DNA of 56,622 nt, taken from IMG/VR virus record IMGVR_UViG_3300043399_000099, positions 1 to 56,622 of that record, one strand, 5' to 3'. Each line of letters begins with the position of its first letter. Positions within the stretch are counted from its first letter, which is position 1. The stretch comes from a virus (Duplodnaviria > Caudoviricetes). This document shows, piece after piece, positions 33,601 to 42,727 of this stretch. Position numbers and translations under genes: made by a program. A model generated the notes under the pieces. It searched no databases, was not told the DNA's origin, and worked only from the letters and a program-made list of their open reading frames with translations.

Positions 33601-34037
33601 GCAGCCTTACCCGCTGCCTTTGCAGCAAGCTTAGAACCTACACCCCAACCAGCCGTACCCACTGTGGCGAGAGTGCTGGGAGACGTAGCGAAGGCTGACA
33701 GGTAGTCTACTGCACCATCCAGCATCCCCGTGCCACCACCCTCAGCCCTGTCATAGGCCATCATGAGATTGCCAAAAGACTTCAACTCTTCTTGGGGAAG
33801 GTTCTCCTGTTTTACAAAATTGTAATCCTTGAGTGCAGTAATCTCATTGGTATCCTGCCAGCGCATATGCTCAACGAACTTATCTGTTAAACCTTCCGCC
33901 CCAAGCTTCTTCATCTCGTCGCCAGACAGGCCATAACGAGAACTTCTAAAGAACAGCACAAGGTCTTTTTGAAACTCAGGGTTATCCTTAAGTTCCATAA
34001 AGTCCTTGCCATCAACCTCTTCTAGGTAGCTACCCAT
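30615..34037 (-). CDS. Large internal virion (ejection) protein
   Basis: 1140 aa; last gene of the structural arm; Gly/Ala hydrophobic segments. Confidence 0.7.
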   Translation of the reverse strand: MGSYLEEVDGKDFMELKDNPEFQKDLVLFFRSSRYGLSGDEMKKLGAEGLTDKFVEHMRWQDTNEITALKDYNFVKQENLPQEELKSFGNLMMAYDRAEGGGTGMLDGAVDYLSAFATSPSTLATVGTAGWGVGSKLAAKAAGKAAQLAMRQTISELVRKGVATGAVKDQVAGTIAKQALMGGVSSAVVEGSLGAGQSFLQGKTREKASGQEYTTGNLLRDGLIAATIGGALGSATRALDTRTQRGIVDSLVARDAANLATKTTGVTNAKTTIASVEPAKVSAAADRAVSTALALDARFKGVKLDPLDPKLVEKGNLLKKEVLNGKVDRFITSNLSIDTLRSITAATIEMTEGLKIKPNERISSAVAKGLQSGKIDSSYLTDLRTKYGLSKEQTSYIFLADLSQAGKTLAEASYIKQAQTRSTAKATAKGEVEATTRDLDFLAASGLETLADSELRTVAASVYKDKGNPLYNALKEADSIRIAFMTSQLGTTAANTITSAGNVLIDMSDQFWKNVANVTVGKKVGDKVQRKWVGGTLSTIKGLSWNKGDAKLFKEVFLEEQPEQYSELFYEATRAETASESTSRLAKVGRGVNILNSTVDSVFKQGVLYSSVDRQLRDIADPAIGKNLGEFLAKKIPLDNLPEGVMTKAIDDARRFTFQRSYRGDKSAFGKLAQGVIDAHHKLPFVVSAGFGIPFPRYIANHLEHINDYTPIGLMTGGLNKYDSVVFGDVNKTGQDRFARQMTGASLFMLGAYTAASTEGTVDYDKLKTDTGLVDLSRTAGPWLMNMYLGDLYYRWKNDLPTEGIISTMMDISVGQTDIGIDAPLFTEIAKSYDEGVLTVGLARSLGDIAATFTYPLTPTRDFYGQVNPELGTTPYTREVLGGDLDNVETYGEGNFIDEMIRRATRFLPEVDFVQYAQSYNGKSAIPYYSPFSSTPIGTFDPLSKQLGMQTSAKPNQLQEEMSRMQIKEFEIYGNKTVENPAADIFVREILGKNLPRMFVAWRDQVKHGGRFGDKTYNEITNTDDQRYLLNQFITIERDKAKNQIEQSFIELLDKKPRLAAGYVRNLYVIEERKAIKSSGKKDIYDTAVRAFTNGEFADAASFLGASENVEEEVKKRQAIMAWSNQMTEPVKGFPDQRRQ

Positions 34038-35086
34038 TATTGTCCTAGCCCCATGTTCTCGTCCACTATACTATCAAGGGTGGACTCTGCAGTACCAGTG
34101 ATAAGCCCCTGAAGCTCTTCCTCTGTATCAGTGGGGTTAACTGGGACTACAGGAACTACAGGTGCTGGTGGGGGTGATTGTACAAAGCTTTCTGCAAAAG
34201 TCTTAGGGTCTGTTAAGACTGCATCAAAGTTGTCTACAAGAGCTTGCGCCCCGATATTACCTACAGTAACTGCAGTACGAATTTGATCTGTCACGAAAGC
34301 AGCCGCCTGTGTTGGGCTTAGGGTGGATTGTGGAGAGTAAGCTAATTCTCCTGCACGTTGTTCAGCCAACGCAAACAAGTTTGCCACCTCAGGTGCAGCA
34401 TTACTTGATACGGTGATATCCCCAGTACGCTCATTTACGGCAAAAGAGTCTGCGAACTGAGTCTGCAAAGCGGATGCAATCTGATTTTTCATAGCCTTGG
34501 TGTCAGTGAAGTCTGGGCCAGATACATAGTTAAAGTTCAAATCAAGGGGTTCCATTGGGGTAACCCCAACAGGGGCATAAACCTCTGCACCAAAGCGTCT
34601 TTGCAAATCTTCTACACTAGTAGCACTATAGATAGCTTCAGCCAGTGCCTCAGCAGATTGTTCTGGGTCTGTCGTATCTCTATCAGTAGATACACCATTG
34701 ATAAGAGCGGTTGAGATAACTTCATCACCAGCCTCTTCAAGGTACTTAGTGACAGTTAGGTTTAGGTCTTCAACATACTTCTTGTCAACTTTTTTATTCT
34801 TCTCGTACTGGTCAAGGAAAAGACTAAGCTGACCTGTACGCTGCAAAACTAACGCACTTGTGTCTGTTAGGCCAGCAATAATACCTGCAGAAAGTTCTGC
34901 TTGCATAGCAGCCTTTGTCGCTGTCTTTTTTGCAAGACGCTCAATATAACGATCCTGATAGGCTGCAAGTAGAGTCTTTTGATACTCTTCTCTCTTGAAT
35001 GCGTAGGCTCTATCTTCAGTCTCTTTTGCAGCTTTCTGATCAAGAACATACGTCAAGCCTTCGTTTATACCCTGCCAAAAACCCAT
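34037..35086 (-). CDS. Putative internal virion protein
   Basis: 349 aa; position in the ejection-protein block. Confidence 0.65.
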   Translation of the reverse strand: MGFWQGINEGLTYVLDQKAAKETEDRAYAFKREEYQKTLLAAYQDRYIERLAKKTATKAAMQAELSAGIIAGLTDTSALVLQRTGQLSLFLDQYEKNKKVDKKYVEDLNLTVTKYLEEAGDEVISTALINGVSTDRDTTDPEQSAEALAEAIYSATSVEDLQRRFGAEVYAPVGVTPMEPLDLNFNYVSGPDFTDTKAMKNQIASALQTQFADSFAVNERTGDITVSSNAAPEVANLFALAEQRAGELAYSPQSTLSPTQAAAFVTDQIRTAVTVGNIGAQALVDNFDAVLTDPKTFAESFVQSPPPAPVVPVVPVNPTDTEEELQGLITGTAESTLDSIVDENMGLGQ

Positions 35087-35586
35087 TACTTAACTCCTCT
35101 TGACATCAGACCCTTAGGCTTTTCTACTGCAACTCTTTCCGCAGGTGAAACTTCCAAGACTTTTTTAGGTGGATTCTTATCCATTTGTTTAATCATTTTC
35201 TTGGCTAAGCCAGTGTTCTTCGCCTTGTTATACTCAGCCTTCTCTTCTTTATCCTCAAACCCATCATCAGGGTTAAGTCCAAAGGCAATAGCACCCTGCT
35301 TGATAAACTCATGGATCACAGGGGAGATCAGTAGCGCAACATCAATAGAGTGCATACCCTTAGATACAGCACCACGCATGATGCCATTGGTAATGCTCAT
35401 TACATCTAGCTCATCTACCTCAATCAGATCAAGGACACCATCAAGCATCTCTGGATCAGAGAGACGAGCCAAGTGCATTTGGATTGCTTCTTCTGGATCA
35501 ACAATCTCTGGGGGACGTTCCCAAGGAAAACCTTTAGGTTCTGTAGTCAAAGATTGACCGGGGATAGGCGCACTAAACATATCCAT
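35086..35586 (-). CDS. Conserved virion-associated protein
   Basis: APIPGQSLT.EP...PWE.PP; C-terminal KGLMSR. Confidence 0.7.
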   Translation of the reverse strand: MDMFSAPIPGQSLTTEPKGFPWERPPEIVDPEEAIQMHLARLSDPEMLDGVLDLIEVDELDVMSITNGIMRGAVSKGMHSIDVALLISPVIHEFIKQGAIAFGLNPDDGFEDKEEKAEYNKAKNTGLAKKMIKQMDKNPPKKVLEVSPAERVAVEKPKGLMSRGVK

Positions 35587-35588
35587 TC

Positions 35589-36269
35589 TTACTCTCCAGA
35601 AATCTTATTGTATCTACGCAACCAGTCAGACTGGTATCTCTCAGCAGTAAGACCATTGTTAGCAGCCAAAGCTTCTTCACTCATCTTACCAGAAGGGTTA
35701 CCAGTAAACCAAACAACAGGAACTTTTGTAACATCGTTGTTGTTCGCAGCGAGAATCTCTTGCACATACTTTGCAGCTACGATATCTTGAACTTCTGTAG
35801 GTGCTTCCTTGGCAGTCTTATACTCAGTGCCAACACCATACTTACTTGACAAACTTCTCCACGTGCTATCAATAAATTGGTACCCCCCAGAGGCAGAGCT
35901 TTTAGGGTTCTTAGCACTATAGTCTCCACCAGACTCTTTACTCTTGAGTGCGGATAGAATACGTCTGATACCTTTATCTGTCACATCAGCAGAGATAGAA
36001 CCTGCCAGTTTGTTTGAGGTAGTACCTTTAGGTGATCCTGCAGGAGTAGTCGGCATCTGCTGTCTTTGTTCTGCAACAGGTGCAAATACATCACGAGAGA
36101 AGCTCATGTACTGTGGCAATAGGTCATCGAACTCTGAGAGCTTTTGCTCAGTCTTTGCCATGCGAGAAGCAAGACCAGCACCAGCCCTTACGTTTTCTCC
36201 AGAGGCAGCCGCAGAACGAATCCTTTCCACAAGGGAAGCTGCACTCTTGTAATTTTTACTATAGTCCAT
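35589..36269 (-). CDS. Virion protein with lysozyme-like / lytic transglycosylase domain
   Basis: ESGGDY.A.N..SSASG.YQF..STW...QD motif. Confidence 0.85.
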   Translation of the reverse strand: MDYSKNYKSAASLVERIRSAAASGENVRAGAGLASRMAKTEQKLSEFDDLLPQYMSFSRDVFAPVAEQRQQMPTTPAGSPKGTTSNKLAGSISADVTDKGIRRILSALKSKESGGDYSAKNPKSSASGGYQFIDSTWRSLSSKYGVGTEYKTAKEAPTEVQDIVAAKYVQEILAANNNDVTKVPVVWFTGNPSGKMSEEALAANNGLTAERYQSDWLRRYNKISGE

Positions 36270-36284
36270 TGTTATCCCTTAGTA

Positions 36285-38063
36285 TTAGAAGCCAAAAATA
36301 AGCTTGGTAAAGAAGCTGGCTTTAGCTGCACTTTCTGCAGCTTGTTCTTTTTTCTTGGCCATCAAAAACTCTGCGGCTCTTTCTTTCTCAGACTCAAGTG
36401 CAGTAAAAGCAAAGGCCATGATGTCACGTTCTTTCTGCCAGACTTGATCTAGAGCTTGGCTAGTCAAAGCGTTCTTAGTCTTAGCTGCTTCCATGTTTGC
36501 AGTATTCTGTGCAGCAGTGTTGAGAGTAACAGTATTCTGTCTCCACTGTGCGTTAGCCTGAGCAATAACCAAAGAGTTAGTAGCATTAAACTGGTCACGC
36601 TGTGTCTCTAGCTGAGCATTAAACTTCTTGGTAGCATTAGTTTCACCAGCATTGAATTGCTTGATGGCATTGCTTTGCTCTGCATTGAAGAGGCTTACAC
36701 GGCTAGTTAGGTCTTCAAAGAATTGATTAGTCTGATTCTCACTCGAAGCATTGAACTGTGCTGCAGCGTTCTTTGCTGCTTGATCTGTAAGCAATGCCTG
36801 AATGTTAGACTGAGTGCGGAACATAGCAGTCTGTTGTTCATTACTAACATTCGTCAAGTCCATCTGCAAGAACGACTGTGCATTCTGAACAGCAGCTTGC
36901 TGACGATTGCTTAGGTTAGCTACATCGAGGTTAGCAAGGGCAGCAGCCTGAGCCATCACCATAGCTTGACGATTATTCAGATTCTCCAAGTTCACCGTGT
37001 TGACAATACGGCTGTTCTCCATCGCAATGTTTTGTTCTGCGGTGAAGTTCATGTTAGCAATGTCTGAAACCTTAGCGGCATTCATAACACGAGTCTGGAA
37101 GTTCTGGTCAAACTCTTGGCCGAGGAAGGTAGCACGTTGTTGAGCAGCAAAGATTGCAGTCTGCTGTCTATTGGAAAGGTTCTGTCCCTCGAACTGTGCA
37201 AAGGTACTAGCATCAACCTGAGCAATAGGTAGCGCAGACTCCATAGCAGCCTGAATGACAGCCTGTCCAGCTAGGGATGAAGCACCAAGCCCACGAGCAA
37301 CCAGAGCAGCGTTAGCAGCCCGCATAGCCCCTGCTGCCCATGCTGGTGTCTCACCACCTTCAAACTGTTTCATCAATCCTTCAAGCTGACCTTGTACAGT
37401 AGCTTGCTTAGAAGGAGTAGCTTCGGCTGCTTGAATGCTTTCGGATAGCTTATTAACTTTGGCTGCATCAACAGCAGAACCAGAGATAATTTCCCCTTCT
37501 TCCACCTTACGCTGCACAGGGTTATTCATAAGAATACCTGTACCTTGTTCAGCCTTTAGGCCCTCTAGAGAACTCTCAGTTTGCTGTGCAGCTTTAACTA
37601 TAGCACCCTCGGTCACAGCACCTACAACAGGCTGTAGTGCCTCTGTCTCTTTCTTAACTTCAGGGGCAGCAGTAGTAGCCTGTATCAAGCTGGCAGGAGT
37701 AGGAGCAGGAGTTGCTGCTGTAGTAACATCTGCGATAGTGGTAGGAGTTACTTCTGGTGTAGCTTCAACTTTACCTGCATTGGTATCAATAAGAGTCTCT
37801 GGGGTAACTGCAATGTTAGCTACAGCAGCTTGTTCAGTGAGGCTCTCTGGGTTACGGATAACTGCTTGAGAAAGTTCATCACCTGTAGATAGACCACCAA
37901 CAGCCATACCTGTACGTTTCTGCAAGACACGAGTGAACTTACCCATACGTGCTGCTGCACCGGGATTGGACGATAGGAAAGCTTCCATCATCTTAGGGTC
38001 TGTTGGCCCATTGTAGCCCATCTGTGTGAGCAAGTTATGCTGCTGTTGGGGATTAAAGTCCAC
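36285..38063 (-). CDS. Gln/Ala/Asn-rich helical ejection (pilot-like) protein
   Basis: NLSNRQQ and QFNA 11-residue-type repeats. Confidence 0.7.
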   Translation of the reverse strand: MDFNPQQQHNLLTQMGYNGPTDPKMMEAFLSSNPGAAARMGKFTRVLQKRTGMAVGGLSTGDELSQAVIRNPESLTEQAAVANIAVTPETLIDTNAGKVEATPEVTPTTIADVTTAATPAPTPASLIQATTAAPEVKKETEALQPVVGAVTEGAIVKAAQQTESSLEGLKAEQGTGILMNNPVQRKVEEGEIISGSAVDAAKVNKLSESIQAAEATPSKQATVQGQLEGLMKQFEGGETPAWAAGAMRAANAALVARGLGASSLAGQAVIQAAMESALPIAQVDASTFAQFEGQNLSNRQQTAIFAAQQRATFLGQEFDQNFQTRVMNAAKVSDIANMNFTAEQNIAMENSRIVNTVNLENLNNRQAMVMAQAAALANLDVANLSNRQQAAVQNAQSFLQMDLTNVSNEQQTAMFRTQSNIQALLTDQAAKNAAAQFNASSENQTNQFFEDLTSRVSLFNAEQSNAIKQFNAGETNATKKFNAQLETQRDQFNATNSLVIAQANAQWRQNTVTLNTAAQNTANMEAAKTKNALTSQALDQVWQKERDIMAFAFTALESEKERAAEFLMAKKKEQAAESAAKASFFTKLIFGF

Positions 38064-38133
38064 TCTATGTCTCCAGACGTTTGTTGTATCTTACACTAAA
38101 AAGGGTTTGGTTGCAAGAGTTTATTATAGTAAG

Positions 38134-38316
38134 TTAGTCAGCATCTTGGATCACGAGCGTACCAGCTTCGGCCTGACGCATGATTTCGTCGTAGTGACGG
38201 TTGCCCGGTGCCAAGGGGACGGACCACTCGATGCCGTCGATGGTGGCCTTGATGCCGCCGATGTTGCCGTCAAAGCCGTTGACATATTGGGCTGAGGTGA
38301 TGGTCATGGTGTTCAT
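38134..38316 (-). CDS. Small tail-fibre-associated protein
   Basis: VPL.PGNRHY motif; follows a fibre gene. Confidence 0.65.
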   Translation of the reverse strand: MNTMTITSAQYVNGFDGNIGGIKATIDGIEWSVPLAPGNRHYDEIMRQAEAGTLVIQDAD

Positions 38317-38319
38317 CTC

Positions 38320-39423
38320 TTACAACTCCGCGTCCGCGACCCAGTGGCCGTAAATTGCGACAGGCACAAAAGCTGCGCCAACAGGCAGGCTTAAAATCCC
38401 GCTTTTGGTCCCCGGGAAGGGGACGGCGGCTCCGACTGCACCTGTCCCGCCGATAGCCCCAGAGCGAGTGTAGTCCCAAACATTTACCGTGCCTACATGG
38501 CGATAACCCACAAGGCTTGGGACCGCACGTTTTTGTACAGCGTAGTAGATAGTGCAGTAAGATAGGTTTGCACTATCAGACGACCCGGCGAAAACCGTAG
38601 CACCTTCCGAAGTGTTGGTTCCCGGCGCAACACCCACGCTGTAAGACTTCTCGTAATACCGCTGGCATCTCGCCAACTCTGGCCCCAATTCGGGCTGCTT
38701 GTATAGGTCAGCCGCCGCAACAGTGTGCGTACCCTGCTTGATGTGGATGCCCCACAGGTCAACGCCGATAGTTTGCAGGCCGAGGCTGTTGGTGCGGGCG
38801 TTGTAGTCAGAGCCTGCCGAGGTCCAAAACCTCAGTTCAAGGTAGTCGTTGCCATTGCTGCCAAGTGTCTTTCCAGTGATGGACGGCACGGCGATGGTGA
38901 CGGCAAACGCTGCCCACGATCCGGTGAGAGTGACGGTGGTCACGCCGATGCTGTTAACTTCGGTGGAAGGTGAGCCACCAGTGCCGAAGGATTGCAGAAG
39001 TTCGACCGCCACGTTCCCAGAACCGCTGGAACGCCTCGCCCATCCCAAGATGGTGATGGTCTGGCCAGCGTAAGACCTGACGCCTTCAATGCGTTGGCAA
39101 GTCAAAGCACCCTGTGACGCCAAAGTCTGGCCGCTGACAGTCTGCCGCAGGAAAAACGTGGGGCTGTTGTTGCCAAGCGTATCGCCAACGGTGAAGGACT
39201 GACGCGATTGAGTGACCGTCCCGCCAGTCAAATCATTGCGCCACCGATCCGCCGCCACATAGGCAGCAGAGGTGCTGCTTGTCCCCCGCTGCCAGAAGTC
39301 AAAGGCCCCGTTGATGATGCGGTTTTCAGGGTCTAGCACACCGGGACGCAAAGGTAGCCCGTTGAAGGTCGCTGTGTTACCACCAGATGCGTCAAGGATA
39401 GCGTTAGTGCGTAGTTGGCTCAT
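38320..39423 (-). CDS. Tail fibre / receptor-binding protein; start at ATG 39423
   Basis: NRIING.F..WQRG, ADRW, EL.RCQRYY, DAEL motifs; SD GAGGAG. Confidence 0.8.
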   Translation of the reverse strand: MSQLRTNAILDASGGNTATFNGLPLRPGVLDPENRIINGAFDFWQRGTSSTSAAYVAADRWRNDLTGGTVTQSRQSFTVGDTLGNNSPTFFLRQTVSGQTLASQGALTCQRIEGVRSYAGQTITILGWARRSSGSGNVAVELLQSFGTGGSPSTEVNSIGVTTVTLTGSWAAFAVTIAVPSITGKTLGSNGNDYLELRFWTSAGSDYNARTNSLGLQTIGVDLWGIHIKQGTHTVAAADLYKQPELGPELARCQRYYEKSYSVGVAPGTNTSEGATVFAGSSDSANLSYCTIYYAVQKRAVPSLVGYRHVGTVNVWDYTRSGAIGGTGAVGAAVPFPGTKSGILSLPVGAAFVPVAIYGHWVADAEL

Positions 39424-39581
39424 GCCAGTTGCTCCTCTGTCGGGCGTGGTAATGTCGGGTGATCCCAAGCGGCGATATAGTCACCACGGCCATCGCTGTC
39501 GTTTTGCAGACGGATGACAGTCAGGAAATCCTCAATGGTCAGCGCAGGGTAGAGCGCCATGATTTTATCATACAGTGTCAT
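39420..39581 (-). CDS. 53-aa XkdW-like tail-fibre-associated protein
   Basis: LQNDSDGRGDYIAAW...PRPTEEQL; coupled on both sides; not in the ORF track. Confidence 0.7.
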   Translation of the reverse strand: MTLYDKIMALYPALTIEDFLTVIRLQNDSDGRGDYIAAWDHPTLPRPTEEQLA

Positions 39582-40165
39582 CACGCAACTCCTGCCAAGA
39601 ACCCAGAGAACACGTTTGTATTTGCGTCACTTGCTCCGACAGAAAATGTTCCTGTTCCAGTTACCCAAGCCCAAAGATCAAGGTAATCGGTTGAGCCGTT
39701 GAGGTAAAAAAACCCGCTTACGGATGCTATGGCACCAGACCCACCAGAGAGGGTAATGTCGAGCATCCGCCCATAGTTATTACCCTCGATTCCGTTAAGT
39801 CGAATTGTGATAATTGCCCTTGATAAGCTGGTGGTTGCTTGAAAATAAATGCTGCCATTCGTTTGGTAATACCCAGCCACGGTTGGCTGAAAACGATAAT
39901 TTGTCGTTGAGTCAAATGCGCTAGTACTGTCGAAAGACTTTGCTTGCAGCGCCACCTTTGTAAAAGTACCAGAGGTAATTGTTTGTGGGGATGTAGTATA
40001 GGCCCGAAAGGCTGGCATTGCTTTTTGAGTTACGGTACTGGCAGTCGTCAAAACCGTTCCCGTGTTATCCGGCAGCGTGAGTGTTCTGTCCGTATTCGAG
40101 TTGGGGGCAGCGATGGTGAATGCACCCGTGCCAGAGGCGTTGCCTTGGAGTTTGATCAGCGACAT
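39581..40165 (-). CDS. Tail fibre subunit with C1q-like head
   Basis: PAFRAY, FQPTVAGYY, LNGSTDY, FSGF motifs. Confidence 0.75.
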   Translation of the reverse strand: MSLIKLQGNASGTGAFTIAAPNSNTDRTLTLPDNTGTVLTTASTVTQKAMPAFRAYTTSPQTITSGTFTKVALQAKSFDSTSAFDSTTNYRFQPTVAGYYQTNGSIYFQATTSLSRAIITIRLNGIEGNNYGRMLDITLSGGSGAIASVSGFFYLNGSTDYLDLWAWVTGTGTFSVGASDANTNVFSGFLAGVA

Positions 40166-40386
40166 TATTCAGTTTCCTCTGGGGCTACGTCAAGCGGGCC
40201 TTGGTCAGTCCAAAGCCAGCGGTCACGGCTCTCGCGCGATGGCAGAGTGCTGTCGTCCACAATGCGCCAAGGCTTACCCGCAGGCACGTCCTTATTGGCC
40301 ACAGCTTCGATCTGGTCTGAAAACTCAGGGGCTGGGATGATAACCGCAACGCCACCGCTGTTGTTAGGGAAAATGATTACTTGCAT
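40165..40386 (-). CDS. Small tail-fibre-associated protein
   Basis: KDVP.G.PW.IV...LP.R..R..W motif. Confidence 0.7.
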   Translation of the reverse strand: MQVIIFPNNSGGVAVIIPAPEFSDQIEAVANKDVPAGKPWRIVDDSTLPSRESRDRWLWTDQGPLDVAPEETE

Positions 40387-40399
40387 GGTGGGTTTCCTT

Positions 40400-40819
40400 T
40401 TAGCGAAAGACTAAGACGCAGACGACTGATCGGTCAGTTAGTACAGCACTGTTATTATATGTTTCCACACCAACACTAGTAGTGGTATAACTTGTCAAGA
40501 CTACGCTTCCTGAGGTGGAAGCATGTGACTGAGCAGTTGCGTAGTTAATGTCCTGAAGTGCTGTCGTAAAGTTCACAGTGTAAAGACCTACTCCATTATC
40601 CGTAATGCTGGACACATTCCCAGACCCACGGATAGTTACAGTGCCTGCGCCGTTAAAGTTTACCCAAGCACGGCAGGCATAGATCGGAGCAGAACCAGAA
40701 GCGTTGAGAGCGCCAGTGATGCGGGCGGCATCTACGTTACCCGTGAGATCAGCACTATCTACGGCCCCGTCAAATGTTGCCGCTGTGACCCCAGTTGTTC
40801 CGTTAATTGTGACAGTCAT
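40400..40819 (-). CDS. Tail fibre subunit
   Basis: RAWVNFNG...NVSSITD.G.G.Y.VNF motif. Confidence 0.75.
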   Translation of the reverse strand: MTVTINGTTGVTAATFDGAVDSADLTGNVDAARITGALNASGSAPIYACRAWVNFNGAGTVTIRGSGNVSSITDNGVGLYTVNFTTALQDINYATAQSHASTSGSVVLTSYTTTSVGVETYNNSAVLTDRSVVCVLVFR

Positions 40820-42726
40820 TATAGTACCACCCAGTTAGAGCCAGTAGGGATAGTAACAGTAACACCAGAGTTTACTGTAATAGGCCCTGTAGACATTGCG
40901 TTTTTATTTGTTGTAAGAGTATAGTTAGATGTTACTGTTTGGGCGTTCTCAACGAAGACTTCATCATTGCCCCCGCCAGTTGCACCACCGCCAACCGATC
41001 CCCAAGCAGCTCCGTTGTAACCCTCAAACTTATTTACGGTTGTGTTAAAGCGGAAGAAACCTGTGCTAGGTGTACCATCTCGTTGAGCTTCTGTGCCTGT
41101 TGGGATTCCAGCAGAACCAGTAGCACTTGTGCGAGGGACATAGGCTGTGCTATCAGTTGTAGCTGCTGTACCAAGACCTAGGTTAGTCCTAGCATCAGCA
41201 GCAGTGGACGCACCAGTACCACCATCGGCTATAGCTAGGTCAGTAATCCCCGTGACAGAGCCACCCGTAATACTCACGTTGCTAGAATCTTGAGTAGAGA
41301 TAGTTCCGAGACCTAGGTTAGTTCTTGCACCAGAAGCAGTAGACGACCCCGTACCACCATCAGCTACAGCAAGATCAGTGATACCTGTGATTGAACCACC
41401 AGAGATACTTACATTATTACTATCCTGTGTGGAGATGGTGCCAAGACCTAGGTTAGTTCTAGCGCCCGAAGCAGTAGATGCACCAGTGCCACCATCAGCT
41501 ACAGCCAGATCAGTAATGCCAGTGATAGTACCTGCACTGATAGTAGCAGTATCAGCAACCAAGGAGTCAATGTTAGCAGTACCCGTAATGTACAGGTCTT
41601 TCCATTCGCTACCAACAGCGCCAAGATCGTAGAGGTTATCTGCAGAAGGGATCAAGCTGGATGCAACATCAGCCGTAATAGTTACAGTATCCGTAGCAGC
41701 ATTACCTAAAGTAGTATTACCGTTTACAGTAAGGTCAGCAGTGATGGTAGCTGATTCATCAACTTGGAGTGTGTCTACTTGAGCAATACCATCAACATAG
41801 ATGTTGCGCCATTCATCAGTAGCAGTCCCAAGATCGTGTGTGTTATCCACAGAAGGGATTAAGCTAGAGGCCACATCTGCAGTGATCGTTACGGTATCTG
41901 TCGCAGAATTGCCTAAGGTAGTATTACCGTTTACAGTAAGGTCAGCAGTAATAGTAGCAGACTCATCTACCTGCAGGGTATCTACCTGAGCAACACCATC
42001 AATGTATAGGTTACGCCACTCATCAGTAGCAGCACCAAGGTCATAGGTATTATCAATAGAGGGGGTCAAATGGGATGCAACATCTGCGGTGATAGTCACA
42101 GTGTCAGTTGCTGCATTGCCTAGCGTAGTGTTGCCGTTGACAGTGAGGTCAGCAGTAATAGTAGCTGATTCGTCTACCTGCAAAGTATCTACTTGGGCAG
42201 TACCATCAATGTATAGGTTACGCCACTCATCAGTAGCAGCACCAAGGTCATAGGTATTATCAATAGAGGGAATTAGGTCAGATGCTACATCAGCAGTGAT
42301 TATGACAGTATCAGTTGCAGAGTTACCCAAAGTAGTATTGCCGTTTACTACAGTGTTACCGACGATGGTAGCATTACCACTTACAGTAAGATCAGCGGCA
42401 ATGTTAGCTGACTCATCCACTTGTAGCGTATCTACTTGAGCAGTACCATCAAGGTACAGATTCTTAAACTCAAGGGTACTGGTACCTAGGTCAACAGTGT
42501 TGTCAACTTTGGGGCGCATTGCTGTGGTAGTGATAACAACATCTTGCACTGGGCCGAGGGTAACAACAGGAGCGCCGCCACCAGTAGTGCCATCGTGGGT
42601 GTGACCATCAATAGCATTCATGGCAGTTTGGATTGCGTCAAACTCTCCATCAAGGTCTGAAGCATTGATTAAGTTGCCATTGGAGATATTGTTAGCTGTG
42701 TCGTTACGAGTATAACCTGTTGCCAT
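40819..42726 (-). CDS. Main tail fibre protein
   Basis: Podovirus-type N-terminus (GHTHDG); 69-aa and 45-aa internal repeats; RFNT....FEGY. Confidence 0.85.
   Translation of the reverse strand: MATGYTRNDTANNISNGNLINASDLDGEFDAIQTAMNAIDGHTHDGTTGGGAPVVTLGPVQDVVITTTAMRPKVDNTVDLGTSTLEFKNLYLDGTAQVDTLQVDESANIAADLTVSGNATIVGNTVVNGNTTLGNSATDTVIITADVASDLIPSIDNTYDLGAATDEWRNLYIDGTAQVDTLQVDESATITADLTVNGNTTLGNAATDTVTITADVASHLTPSIDNTYDLGAATDEWRNLYIDGVAQVDTLQVDESATITADLTVNGNTTLGNSATDTVTITADVASSLIPSVDNTHDLGTATDEWRNIYVDGIAQVDTLQVDESATITADLTVNGNTTLGNAATDTVTITADVASSLIPSADNLYDLGAVGSEWKDLYITGTANIDSLVADTATISAGTITGITDLAVADGGTGASTASGARTNLGLGTISTQDSNNVSISGGSITGITDLAVADGGTGSSTASGARTNLGLGTISTQDSSNVSITGGSVTGITDLAIADGGTGASTAADARTNLGLGTAATTDSTAYVPRTSATGSAGIPTGTEAQRDGTPSTGFFRFNTTVNKFEGYNGAAWGSVGGGATGGGNDEVFVENAQTVTSNYTLTTNKNAMSTGPITVNSGVTVTIPTGSNWVVL
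41170..42460 (-). repeat. Tandem coding repeats: ~207-bp units (about 4-5) and ~135-bp units (3)
   Basis: For example, a >60-bp identical block at ~42000 and ~42207. Confidence 0.85.
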
Positions 42727-42727
42727 T

